From the IMG/VR virus record IMGVR_UViG_3300028601_000024: a DNA stretch of 20,000 bases; one strand, written 5' to 3'. Shown here one piece after another: positions 8,783 to 17,335 of this stretch (position 1 is its first letter; every line of letters starts with the position of its first letter). Both the position numbers and the translations under genes were made by a program. This DNA is from an uncultured virus (IMG/VR IMGVR_UViG_3300028601_000024). Its lineage: Duplodnaviria; Heunggongvirae; Uroviricota; Caudoviricetes. The notes under the pieces are model-generated. The model was not told where the DNA came from and ran no database searches. It saw nothing but the letters and a program-made list of their open reading frames with translations.

Positions 8783-8894
8783 GTTTTTTGATATAAAAGA
8801 TTTCTGGAAAAACACAAAAGAAATATTGTAATTCAAAAATATGTAGACACAGACTTGTGTTCAATTTTTTGGCTTAGAATTTAAATTAGATTAA
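8763..8894 (+). pseudogene. possible degraded small ORF with two internal stops
   Basis: AAGGA RBS then MRLYLSEFFDIKDFWKNTKEIL*FKNM*TQTCVQFFGLEFKLD*, filling the gap before the 661-aa gene. Confidence 0.3.
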
Positions 8895-8915
8895 AATAAC
8901 ATCATAAGGAATAAT

Positions 8916-10901
8916 ATGCAACAGTTTGCACACAATGTAAGTGAAAAGTTTAAAAATCTCCAAGGAGAATTATATGTCGTTGATGTATCAAAAGATGAAC
9001 TTTACCAATTCTATCTAGATAGTTTTCCACAAGGAACCAATGAAATTTTTAGAGAAAGAAGAGCATATGAATGTAGCGCATGTGGTAATTTTATTAAAAA
9101 TTTAGGCAATGTAATTGCATTAGATAATGATGGTAATTATATTACTGTCTGGGATATCCCTGAAGTCGATACAGATTATCACAATATTGTTGCAAATAAA
9201 ATGCATCATTTTATCTTGAGCAAACCTATTATTAGTGTATTTCGTTCAAGTGAAAAGCAGTACGGCTTAGTAAAAAATTTCGAAGAGGGAGAAAATCAGA
9301 ATTATGTTTGGCATCACTTTTTTGGAGAAGTACCCGAAAGATGTTATAATCTCAGTCCGGGCGAATCAAGAGAAGAAAGTAATGTTAAAGCTAGAGTTCT
9401 TCAAAGTGGTTTAGATTTAATTAAAGATGAAAGTATTGATATTGTTCTTGATCTTATTGATCAAAATAGCTTAGAAAGAGGAACTGAATTTAGACACAAT
9501 GTTGCACAATTCAAGGAATTAAAAAAAAGCTATAAAGTATCTCCTAAAAACTTTGCATGGAGAAAATGCAATATAAATCCAGCAGTTAGCGGTATCAAAA
9601 ATACCGTTATTGGTACTCTATTAATTGATGTTGAAACACATGAGTTAGTAGATGCGGTTAATAAATTTGCAGAGAAAGTTTCTCCTCTTAATTTTAAAAG
9701 AGTAAAATCTTTATATACACCAAAAATGGTAGAAAATGCTATGAAGACAATCGATGAATTAGGACTCAGACCTAGTTTGAATCGTAGACATGCTAAAATT
9801 TCAGACATTACTATTAACAATGTAATTTGGAGCGATCCTGAAGCTAAAAAAGAAATGAAAGATTCAGATCCTTTAGCAGACATGCTAGTGAATAATGCTA
9901 AGAAAAAAACTCTTAAATCTCAAAACATTGAAGAGATTACCATTACTGATTTCATTGAAAAAGTAGTTCCAAATATTGATAAAATGGAAGTACTTTTTGA
10001 AAACAGATTAAAAAATAATCTAGTGAATCTTATTTCTCCTCAACAAGAATCTCCTGGATTATTTCAATGGAATAATAATTTAAGTTGGAGCTACATTAAT
10101 GAAGTTACAGATAGTGTAAAAGAAAGAGTAAAAGCAGCCGGAGGAAATGTGTCAGGTGATGTTCGTGTAAGTCTCAGTTGGTTTAATAGAGATGATTTAG
10201 ATATTCATGTTCTTGAACCTGAAGGTGAACATATTTATTACGGTAATAAACAATCAAGATATACAGGAGGAGTATTAGATGTTGATATGAATGTTAATAA
10301 TCCAGTTCGAGATGCAGTTGAAAATATTACTTGGAGTGATTTACATAAAATGAATCCAGGAAAATATGAAATTAAGATTGATAATTTTACACATCGAGAG
10401 AATATTGATTATGGGTTCAACCTACAAGTTGAAGTGAAAGGAGATATAAAAAATTTTAATTATGCTTCAGTAGTAAATGGGACCGTATCTGCACTAACTC
10501 TTGAGGTTACAGAAGATTATGAAATACACATTATCCCATCAAAAGAGATGAAAAGTGAATCAGCAAGCACAGAATTGTGGAATTTACAAACAGAACAATA
10601 TCAACCTTGTACTATTTTAACATATTCTCCAAATTGTTGGGATGGTCAAATTGGAAACAAACATTATATGTTTATCTTAAAAGATTGTTTAAATCCTGAT
10701 GATGCAAGGGGATTTTATAATGAATTTTTAAAAAATGATTTAATGGTTCATAGAAAAGTGTTTGAAATGATCGGAAGTAAAACTCGAGCGGTTTATAGCG
10801 ATCAACAATTAGCAGGGCTTGGATTCAGTAGCACACTTCGAAATGAAGTTATTGTAAGAGTAAGTGGAAGTTTTAATAGAATATTAAAACTTAAATTTTA
10901 A
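8916..10901 (+). CDS. large phage protein of unknown function: N-terminal CxxC/His region plus internal YfaP/DUF2135-like domain
   Basis: TAAGGA RBS; YECSACGNF and WHHF; VSLSWFNRDDLDIHV...GGVLDVDMN...AVENITW...PGKY matches the YfaP/DUF2135-type pattern. Confidence 0.85.
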   Translation: MQQFAHNVSEKFKNLQGELYVVDVSKDELYQFYLDSFPQGTNEIFRERRAYECSACGNFIKNLGNVIALDNDGNYITVWDIPEVDTDYHNIVANKMHHFILSKPIISVFRSSEKQYGLVKNFEEGENQNYVWHHFFGEVPERCYNLSPGESREESNVKARVLQSGLDLIKDESIDIVLDLIDQNSLERGTEFRHNVAQFKELKKSYKVSPKNFAWRKCNINPAVSGIKNTVIGTLLIDVETHELVDAVNKFAEKVSPLNFKRVKSLYTPKMVENAMKTIDELGLRPSLNRRHAKISDITINNVIWSDPEAKKEMKDSDPLADMLVNNAKKKTLKSQNIEEITITDFIEKVVPNIDKMEVLFENRLKNNLVNLISPQQESPGLFQWNNNLSWSYINEVTDSVKERVKAAGGNVSGDVRVSLSWFNRDDLDIHVLEPEGEHIYYGNKQSRYTGGVLDVDMNVNNPVRDAVENITWSDLHKMNPGKYEIKIDNFTHRENIDYGFNLQVEVKGDIKNFNYASVVNGTVSALTLEVTEDYEIHIIPSKEMKSESASTELWNLQTEQYQPCTILTYSPNCWDGQIGNKHYMFILKDCLNPDDARGFYNEFLKNDLMVHRKVFEMIGSKTRAVYSDQQLAGLGFSSTLRNEVIVRVSGSFNRILKLKF

Positions 10902-10929
10902 TATCTAAAATAGATTACACTGAATTAAT

Positions 10930-10962
10930 TATACCAGCTTAGAATATATACTAGCTGGTATA
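10930..10962. terminator. stem-loop; its A-tract makes it an intrinsic terminator on the minus strand, or a processing/stability hairpin on plus
   Basis: TATACCAGC(T)TAG-aatatata-CTAGCTGGTATA, followed by an A-rich run. Confidence 0.55.
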
Positions 10963-10999
10963 TAAATAAAAATAAAATAAAATAAAAAAAGGAAATACA

Positions 11000-11446
11000 A
11001 TGGAAAACGCTAACGCAAATACAATCGAGATCAACGTAGAGAACATCGAGAAATTAATCGTAACATCAATTAAAAATAAATATCGTTATAATAGTATTAA
11101 AGGTCAATGTACTTTTGAAGATTTATGGGATATTAGTTTAACTAGTAATTCTGGATTTAGTTTAGATGATATTGCTAAAAACATTAATCGCCAAATCAAA
11201 GAATGTGATGATGAAAGTTTTGTTAAAAAGAATAGCGGCAAACTTAAAGAACTTAAAGCATCTCTTGAAATTGTAAAATATGTAATTAAAACTAAATTAG
11301 AAGAAAATGAGCAGGCGCGACTTGCTAAAGAGAAAAAAGAGAAACGTCAAAAAATTCTACAATTGATCGAAGATAAACAACATAATGCACTGCAAGAGAA
11401 AACGCTTGAAGAATTATATGCTGAATTAGAAGAGACTGAGAAATAA
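11000..11446 (+). CDS. phage coiled-coil protein (KG...EDLWD...LD motif)
   Basis: AAAGGA RBS; YRYNSIKGQCTFEDLWDISL...LDDIAK; long C-terminal coiled coil. Confidence 0.85.
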   Translation: MENANANTIEINVENIEKLIVTSIKNKYRYNSIKGQCTFEDLWDISLTSNSGFSLDDIAKNINRQIKECDDESFVKKNSGKLKELKASLEIVKYVIKTKLEENEQARLAKEKKEKRQKILQLIEDKQHNALQEKTLEELYAELEETEK

Positions 11447-11447
11447 T

Positions 11448-11657
11448 ATGGGAAATATAATTGCTGTTCAGAATTTAGAAAATTTAAAACAATCTTTGTT
11501 TGATGATTGTGCAACATTAAGTGAATTAATTCAAACTGAGTTGGATAAAGAGAATTTTATACAACTCTCTAATTATATTCTTCAAAATTTAGAAGGCAAT
11601 ATTAAACAGATTCGTAATCTTCAACAAGATGTTATTCTTATTAAAAAATTTAAATAA
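11448..11657 (+). CDS. hypothetical helical protein (69 aa)
   Basis: Abuts both neighbours. Confidence 0.7.
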   Translation: MGNIIAVQNLENLKQSLFDDCATLSELIQTELDKENFIQLSNYILQNLEGNIKQIRNLQQDVILIKKFK

Positions 11658-12076
11658 ATGATACAAGGTTATTTAAAAACAAAATTTAATAAAATTCATA
11701 AGATGGTTGATTATTTAGGTAAACAACCATCTAAAAAATTTGAAAATAATTTTGAGCGATGTCGTCCTAGTAAATATGATAAATTATTAATAAATGATTT
11801 ATTAAAGGATAGTGGATATATTGCTGATTATGACTATTTTTACAAACAAAATTGGAAAAGTAATGTTTTACACATCAAGACTCAATGGGAGATTGTTTAG
11901 TAATATGTTTAAGTGGTAAAGGTAGATTATATTATGGGATGTCTTCTCGAATATTAACCAAAGGAACTTGTTTAATATTTAATGACTCACTTTGGCATGA
12001 ATTGGAATTATTATCAAACCATTGCAATACAATCGTTTGTAATCTAAAATATAAAAATATAAATGAGAAAAAATGA
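11658..12076 (+). pseudogene. frameshifted cupin / 2OG-Fe(II) oxygenase-like gene (HxD...H)
   Basis: ORFs 11658-11900 and 11885-12076 join via a -1 shift near 11870, giving ...WKSNVLxHQDSMGDCLVICLSGKG...LIFNDSLWHEL (about 139 aa). Confidence 0.6.
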
Positions 12077-12666
12077 AAATCGTTAGAGATATGAATATTT
12101 ATAAAAGTTTAAATGATAATTTTATCAGACCTGATAAAATTAATTTTGATATTATACCTCTGCATAAGAAATATAAATGTTCTTATGCAGATGTACATGA
12201 TATTGCTAAACTTATTATGATAGGAAATGAATATGATGATAGTCTGATAATTCCTGAATATCAAAGAGATTTAGTATGGACACTTGAACAAAAACAAGAT
12301 TTAATTCTTAGTATTCTTCATGGAAATCCTATTGGGGAATTTCTTTTTAAAAAAGATAAAACTAGATCAGGAAGTGAAGTTGAAATACATTGGACCATAA
12401 TTGATGGTCAGCAAAGACTAAATGCAATTAAAGAATTCATCGAATGTAAATTTAGTTTACCTAATGGGCAAATATTTGATGACTTAAAATATTGGGATGC
12501 TAGAGAATTTTTAACAGGTTATTCTATTCGAGCATTATCTTTACAAGATATTACCTTAAAAGATGAATTAGATATCTATTATTCTCGAAATTTCGGAGGA
12601 ACTCGACATACATTAGAAGACTTACAAAAATTTTTAAATGTAAAAGAAAAGGAACTTGATGTATAA
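12073..12666 (+). CDS. DUF262 (GmrSD N-terminal, ParB/Srx superfamily) protein
   Basis: IPEYQRDLVW, LILSILHGNPIGEF and IIDGQQRL motifs. Confidence 0.9.
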   Translation: MKIVRDMNIYKSLNDNFIRPDKINFDIIPLHKKYKCSYADVHDIAKLIMIGNEYDDSLIIPEYQRDLVWTLEQKQDLILSILHGNPIGEFLFKKDKTRSGSEVEIHWTIIDGQQRLNAIKEFIECKFSLPNGQIFDDLKYWDAREFLTGYSIRALSLQDITLKDELDIYYSRNFGGTRHTLEDLQKFLNVKEKELDV

Positions 12667-12958
12667 TGTAACACTGGATTTGTATAAATTTGAAGAGTTA
12701 TCAAATGATGCGAAACAAACAGCAATTTTATTTGTAAGAGATGAAATTCTATTAGAAGAATATGATTCTGAATATCATGATTCATTTAAACAATATGAAA
12801 CCAGTTTAACTGATAAAACAGTTGAAGAGTTAATTATTGTAAATGAATATTTATTTTTTAAAAATGGACATCTAGCGTGGACCCTTCTTAATACTGTAAA
12901 TAATGAATACTTATTTTTTACAAAAAAATTGGAATTTGAAGTTAAGGAAGTTAAATGA
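12659..12958 (+). CDS. hypothetical phage protein (YxFxELSxxAK...NEYxF motif)
   Basis: AAGGA RBS; ATG at 12659. Confidence 0.75.
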   Translation: MYNVTLDLYKFEELSNDAKQTAILFVRDEILLEEYDSEYHDSFKQYETSLTDKTVEELIIVNEYLFFKNGHLAWTLLNTVNNEYLFFTKKLEFEVKEVK

Positions 12959-13449
12959 AACCTGATTATTTTCAATGTCGTGTTCTTAAAAAGAATTATA
13001 AACAAAAGTTTTTTATTAAAAAAGAAATGAATAATATTCAGTCAAAATATATTAAATTTCAAGTAGAAAATTTTTCAGAGTTTTTAAATTTTGATATTTT
13101 AATTATTGGACATGAAATACTTCTAGTTCAATTAGATAAAGGTATTGTTTATAATTGCGTTACCTGTAAATTTCTTAATAATGAATTAGCTGTTAAAAAA
13201 CAATTTTCTAATTTTGAAAGTAAATTATCAAAGTTTAGAAAATTCATCAAGGATCATCTACTAAAATTTAAAGATGTTCCTATTCTGTATTTTACAAATA
13301 ATAAGTTTAGAGTTGTTCCAAATCTAAAAAAATTAGGATTTAATAATGATATTTTACATAAAGAAATGATTTGTAAATTCATTGATGATTTTTATAAACT
13401 TGATACTGAACCTCTCGGGTTTTCAAATGTTCCAGAAGGAGTATTATGA
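12955..13449 (+). CDS. hypothetical protein, weak NERD/PD-(D/E)XK-like pattern
   Basis: TAAGGA RBS, ATGA overlap; FDILIIGHEILLVQLDK. Confidence 0.7.
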   Translation: MKPDYFQCRVLKKNYKQKFFIKKEMNNIQSKYIKFQVENFSEFLNFDILIIGHEILLVQLDKGIVYNCVTCKFLNNELAVKKQFSNFESKLSKFRKFIKDHLLKFKDVPILYFTNNKFRVVPNLKKLGFNNDILHKEMICKFIDDFYKLDTEPLGFSNVPEGVL

Positions 13450-13479
13450 TTAAATTAAAAATAAGTGAAAGGTATTTAA

Positions 13480-13929
13480 ATGGATGTTAAAAATTTAAAA
13501 AAACCAACTTTAAAATGGTTGGTGGAAAAAGCTATTATTGGATCACCAATTCAATTTAAATTGGTAGATGATAGTATTTTTTCTATTGAAAAAATTAATA
13601 ACTATCATGGAAAATTAATAGTTGGTGAGAATCGTAGTATTTTAAATTACTGGAATGGTGGTGCTCGAGATAATCACACTGATTACCAAAACGGAACTCG
13701 AGAATTTAATTTTAAAATTAGTAATACACATCCTTTAAAATTCACTAGTAAAATCAAATTACATAAAATACAATGCAATACTGATCTAGCTATTATTCTA
13801 TTTCTTTTAGGAGGAATAGTTAAAAATTTAGAAACACTTGAGGTATTTGAATTTGAACGATTAATGTATGTTCCTAGAGCATTAAATTTTTACGGAGAAT
13901 GTAACATATGGGAGGTAACCTTTGAGTAA
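13480..13929 (+). CDS. hypothetical protein (149 aa)
   Basis: AAAGGT RBS. Confidence 0.8.
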   Translation: MDVKNLKKPTLKWLVEKAIIGSPIQFKLVDDSIFSIEKINNYHGKLIVGENRSILNYWNGGARDNHTDYQNGTREFNFKISNTHPLKFTSKIKLHKIQCNTDLAIILFLLGGIVKNLETLEVFEFERLMYVPRALNFYGECNIWEVTFE

Positions 13930-14125
13930 TTTAATCGATATTACAAAACAAGATGTTCAGTTTACACTTAATGGTACAATCATAACATTAAGTTATACTG
14001 GAGAGGGAATAGAAGTTACAAATAACACTAGCTATTTTAAAGTAAAACCAAGTAGTAGTAGTTATTGGAAATTTAATTTTACAAAATTTAAATTTAAACT
14101 AGATAATAGAGAGAGAAGAAGATAA
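13922..14125 (+). CDS. hypothetical protein (TTG start)
   Basis: GGAGG RBS upstream of TTG; TAATG coupling downstream. Confidence 0.7.
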   Translation: MSNLIDITKQDVQFTLNGTIITLSYTGEGIEVTNNTSYFKVKPSSSSYWKFNFTKFKFKLDNRERRR

Positions 14126-14682
14126 TGGAAAATATTTCAAGTCAACAAACTGTTCAAGAATGGGTATTAGGAATTAAAGATTCTGCTGTGCAAAATGGCA
14201 TATTAAGTATTTTAAGAGGAAGTGATATCGAGCTAGACCAGTTAAAAAGTGTTACTCGTCAACTTAGATATTTGATTGTAAATCCTTTTGTAAATGATGA
14301 TAAATACATGGATAAGAAAATTATGAGCATTGATGATATGGTGCACAATATTAATTATTACGGCAATATTTATAATCCACATTGGGTGGAACATATTGGA
14401 TTTGCTATCAAACTCATAAGCAAATTTCACCCATCTCCTTATACCAGAAGTTATTATAAAGAGGTTCAAAAAAAACTTATTAAAGTATCTAAAAAGGATA
14501 TGTATTATTATAGAATGTTTAAAGAACAACATGAGCTTCAAATCAAAATTAACAATTTGCAAAATTGGATGAATGATCATCCTGATTCAGTTTTACCCGA
14601 TCAACAAGAGCAATTAGATATAATGTTGAATTATAATAAAATTCTTATTGAAAGAATAAATAAAATAGATATTGGAGTATAA
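14125..14682 (+). CDS. two-domain phage protein: His-rich helical domain plus C-terminal crAss001_48-like helical hairpin
   Basis: QEWV...LRGSD...HWVEH...FHP, then RMFKEQHELQIKINNL...QEQLDIMLNYNKILIERI. Confidence 0.75.
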   Translation: MENISSQQTVQEWVLGIKDSAVQNGILSILRGSDIELDQLKSVTRQLRYLIVNPFVNDDKYMDKKIMSIDDMVHNINYYGNIYNPHWVEHIGFAIKLISKFHPSPYTRSYYKEVQKKLIKVSKKDMYYYRMFKEQHELQIKINNLQNWMNDHPDSVLPDQQEQLDIMLNYNKILIERINKIDIGV

Positions 14683-14683
14683 T

Positions 14684-15391
14684 ATGGATTTTGAAAAATC
14701 ATTACAAAGTGCAGTGACAGATTATTTAGAAAGTGATAAATTAAAAAATTATATAATCTCTCAAACAGAAAAAACAATCAATGATATTATTGATTCTAGT
14801 TTGAGATATGGTGAATTGAATAAATCTTTAAATGAAATTATTAAAGATCAATTAATAATTGATAATGAACGCATTGGTTCACTAGGTCTAAGCAATATAA
14901 TTACTGAAATTGTAAAAGAATCTTTGAATAAACATATTCATGAATCAGCCACTAAAAAAATTGCAGATTCAATTAGTGATTTAACTAGTCCATTACCTAA
15001 AATCTTAACAGTTCAAATGTTTATTGATAAAGTATTGGAACATGTTGATACAAGCGAAATTACATGTCATGATGTGAATTATGAAACTTTATTGGATATG
15101 GGATATGATATAAATGAGTTATTCACTTTTAATGTTTCAAAACCAGATAATGATAAATATAGATGGGTTGATATTGATTTAGATATTAAACCGGGACGAA
15201 GTAGATATGAATGTGAATTCCAATTAACTATCAATTCTGGTAATAGAATGACTATTAAACATAGAGGAGTTGATCTTAGAAAACAAGATGTTATATATGG
15301 GTATAATCATTCTCTTGAAATATTTTTATTGAAAATGTTTGTGAATGAATGTACATTGGATTATAATGAACTTTTAGAATTTTGTGATTAA
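14684..15391 (+). CDS. hypothetical phage protein
   Basis: Start re-called at ATG 14684 (GGAG RBS); helical N-terminus, beta-rich C-terminus. Confidence 0.85.
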   Translation: MDFEKSLQSAVTDYLESDKLKNYIISQTEKTINDIIDSSLRYGELNKSLNEIIKDQLIIDNERIGSLGLSNIITEIVKESLNKHIHESATKKIADSISDLTSPLPKILTVQMFIDKVLEHVDTSEITCHDVNYETLLDMGYDINELFTFNVSKPDNDKYRWVDIDLDIKPGRSRYECEFQLTINSGNRMTIKHRGVDLRKQDVIYGYNHSLEIFLLKMFVNECTLDYNELLEFCD

Positions 15392-15392
15392 T

Positions 15393-15902
15393 ATGAAGTT
15401 CATAATATTGTTATTAATTGTAATCCAATTACATAGTAGTGAATACTTAGATGAATTATTAGAATTAAAAAAGGATCAGCGAGAATTACTTTGGAAAATT
15501 TTCTTAATGGCTGAAAAAGAAGCTCCTCATTTAAAATATGTATTACCTGCAATTGCATGGAAAGAAAGTAGTTTTGGTATAAAAACACGTAGTCTTTGTG
15601 GAAATGATTTAGGAGTTTTTCAAATTAACATTAATACATTTGCAAATAGGTATAAGTCAGCAATATTGGAATACAATATTGCTACTCCTGAATTAAAAAG
15701 AATTCTTAGATCAAATTTTCATCTAAATTTTCTTGCTGCAAAAATTGAACTCGATTATTGGAGAACTCGCTTTAAATCAGAACAAAAAATATTTCAATCA
15801 TATAATGGGGGAACTAGTAACTCCCATAATAGTATTGAATACGGTAAAGATTTAGTTTTGAGAACCAAAGCAATCAAACAATATATTTTTTTGCATCAAT
15901 AA
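15393..15902 (+). CDS. lytic transglycosylase, SLT/lysozyme-like fold, with N-terminal signal peptide
   Basis: AIAWKESSFG (catalytic Glu), DLGVFQIN and SYNGG motifs; MKFIILLLIVIQLHS leader. Confidence 0.85.
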   Translation: MKFIILLLIVIQLHSSEYLDELLELKKDQRELLWKIFLMAEKEAPHLKYVLPAIAWKESSFGIKTRSLCGNDLGVFQININTFANRYKSAILEYNIATPELKRILRSNFHLNFLAAKIELDYWRTRFKSEQKIFQSYNGGTSNSHNSIEYGKDLVLRTKAIKQYIFLHQ

Positions 15903-15922
15903 AATAACTACAAAGAAATGAA

Positions 15923-16234
15923 ATGATAGATAGATTTTTTTTACTTTTAAGAAAAGATGAAACACCTAAAGGAATATTGGAATGTGGATTAACTCCAAGT
16001 GGTCGAGGATATTCCAAAGAAATTTTAGGTCTAAATGGAAAAGGAGAAATATTACATAAAGTATATGATTCGAGTGAATTAGAAAATAGACTATGTTTAA
16101 AATTCGATAAAATGAAATGGGGTTATGAAGTAATCTATGATCATGGCGAATATGATGACTTATATGATTTTTTATATGAATATAATAATCATTATAGAAA
16201 AGATAAAAATTTACAGTTAGTAAAGAGGAGATAA
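15923..16234 (+). CDS. hypothetical protein (103 aa)
   Basis: ORF in the co-oriented run. Confidence 0.75.
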   Translation: MIDRFFLLLRKDETPKGILECGLTPSGRGYSKEILGLNGKGEILHKVYDSSELENRLCLKFDKMKWGYEVIYDHGEYDDLYDFLYEYNNHYRKDKNLQLVKRR

Positions 16235-16235
16235 T

Positions 16236-16775
16236 GTGGATATAGTTTACACATTTAAAGATGATGAACTAAAAAGAGAAGCAAGTAGTCTTTTTAAAAT
16301 AGAGGATGCTTACGCAGATTTATTAAAAAACATATTAGTGAAAAGAACAATTGTTATAAATGAAAACATTTTAGATTACGATGACATGGAAAATTATATT
16401 CTTCAATTTCCTATAGTTTTTGAAAATTTAAAAAAAGTAGAGCAACCAGATGTTTTAAAAAAAGTTAAAAATTATTACAATTCTTTTAATTCATTTAAAG
16501 CTCATGAAAAGATTGATGTGTCTCAATATGAAAAATTTTTAATATCATTCTTTACACAAGATGAATTATTAAGTTTAAGTTTAACAGGAGAGTTGTGTGA
16601 TTTATCTTTTTTAGATAAACTAGATAAACTTGAGTCAAGTAATTTTTCAAATAAATTATTTACTTTAATTCGTGAAGATTTACAAGATGATTTTGATAAA
16701 TTCAAAGAGTATATATTATCATTAGAAGTTAGTAGCTATTTAAAATTTATCCAAGAGGATTTAAAAAATGTTTAG
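16236..16775 (+). CDS. hypothetical acidic helical protein (GTG start)
   Basis: GAGGAG RBS. Confidence 0.8.
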   Translation: MDIVYTFKDDELKREASSLFKIEDAYADLLKNILVKRTIVINENILDYDDMENYILQFPIVFENLKKVEQPDVLKKVKNYYNSFNSFKAHEKIDVSQYEKFLISFFTQDELLSLSLTGELCDLSFLDKLDKLESSNFSNKLFTLIREDLQDDFDKFKEYILSLEVSSYLKFIQEDLKNV

Positions 16776-17127
16776 TATTTCTAAAAAGATTATAAATTCT
16801 GATAACAATGAATTCATAATAACCCCAACCTTACTTGAAACATTAACTCCTGAAGAATTATACAATATTGATATTGAAACATTTAGTTTAACAGTTCAAG
16901 CATTCTATAAAGAATTAATAACTCACTATAAAGAGTCAGGGATTATAAATGTTATTAGTGTGTTAAAAACTGAAATTTATTATTTAGAAAATCATTATAA
17001 TATGTTAAGAGATATCCCAATTCCTGAGTGGCATAAAATTTCTTTTCTCTCCGTATTCATAGATAAAAAATTAAATAAAAAATATAGGAAACTTAAACGA
17101 TGGGAACAATATGCAGATAAAATATAG
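16768..17127 (+). CDS. hypothetical protein (119 aa)
   Basis: GAGGA RBS. Confidence 0.75.
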   Translation: MFSISKKIINSDNNEFIITPTLLETLTPEELYNIDIETFSLTVQAFYKELITHYKESGIINVISVLKTEIYYLENHYNMLRDIPIPEWHKISFLSVFIDKKLNKKYRKLKRWEQYADKI

Positions 17128-17335
17128 GAAAAATGACTATTTTGATATTGTATGTGTTCAGATAAATGATCATGCAGATATGAAAGAGGAGATAGAATTA
17201 GCGATTATTTATTTTATAAATGAGAAAAATACAATTACAGAATTTGATCACATTGATATTTTAAATATTACATATTTAAAAAACGATTATGATTATTTAG
17301 TCGCTATAGTAGAATTTGCTATAATCCGCGGGTAA
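17111..17335 (+). CDS. hypothetical protein (74 aa)
   Basis: GGGA RBS; overlaps the upstream gene. Confidence 0.7.
   Translation: MQIKYRKNDYFDIVCVQINDHADMKEEIELAIIYFINEKNTITEFDHIDILNITYLKNDYDYLVAIVEFAIIRG

Noticed and set aside
4240..16705. Other minus-strand ORFs (4240, 5494, 7209, 7471, 9530, 12579, 12775, 14242, 15400, 16523)
   Set aside because: All lie antisense to better-supported + strand genes and show no recognisable motifs.
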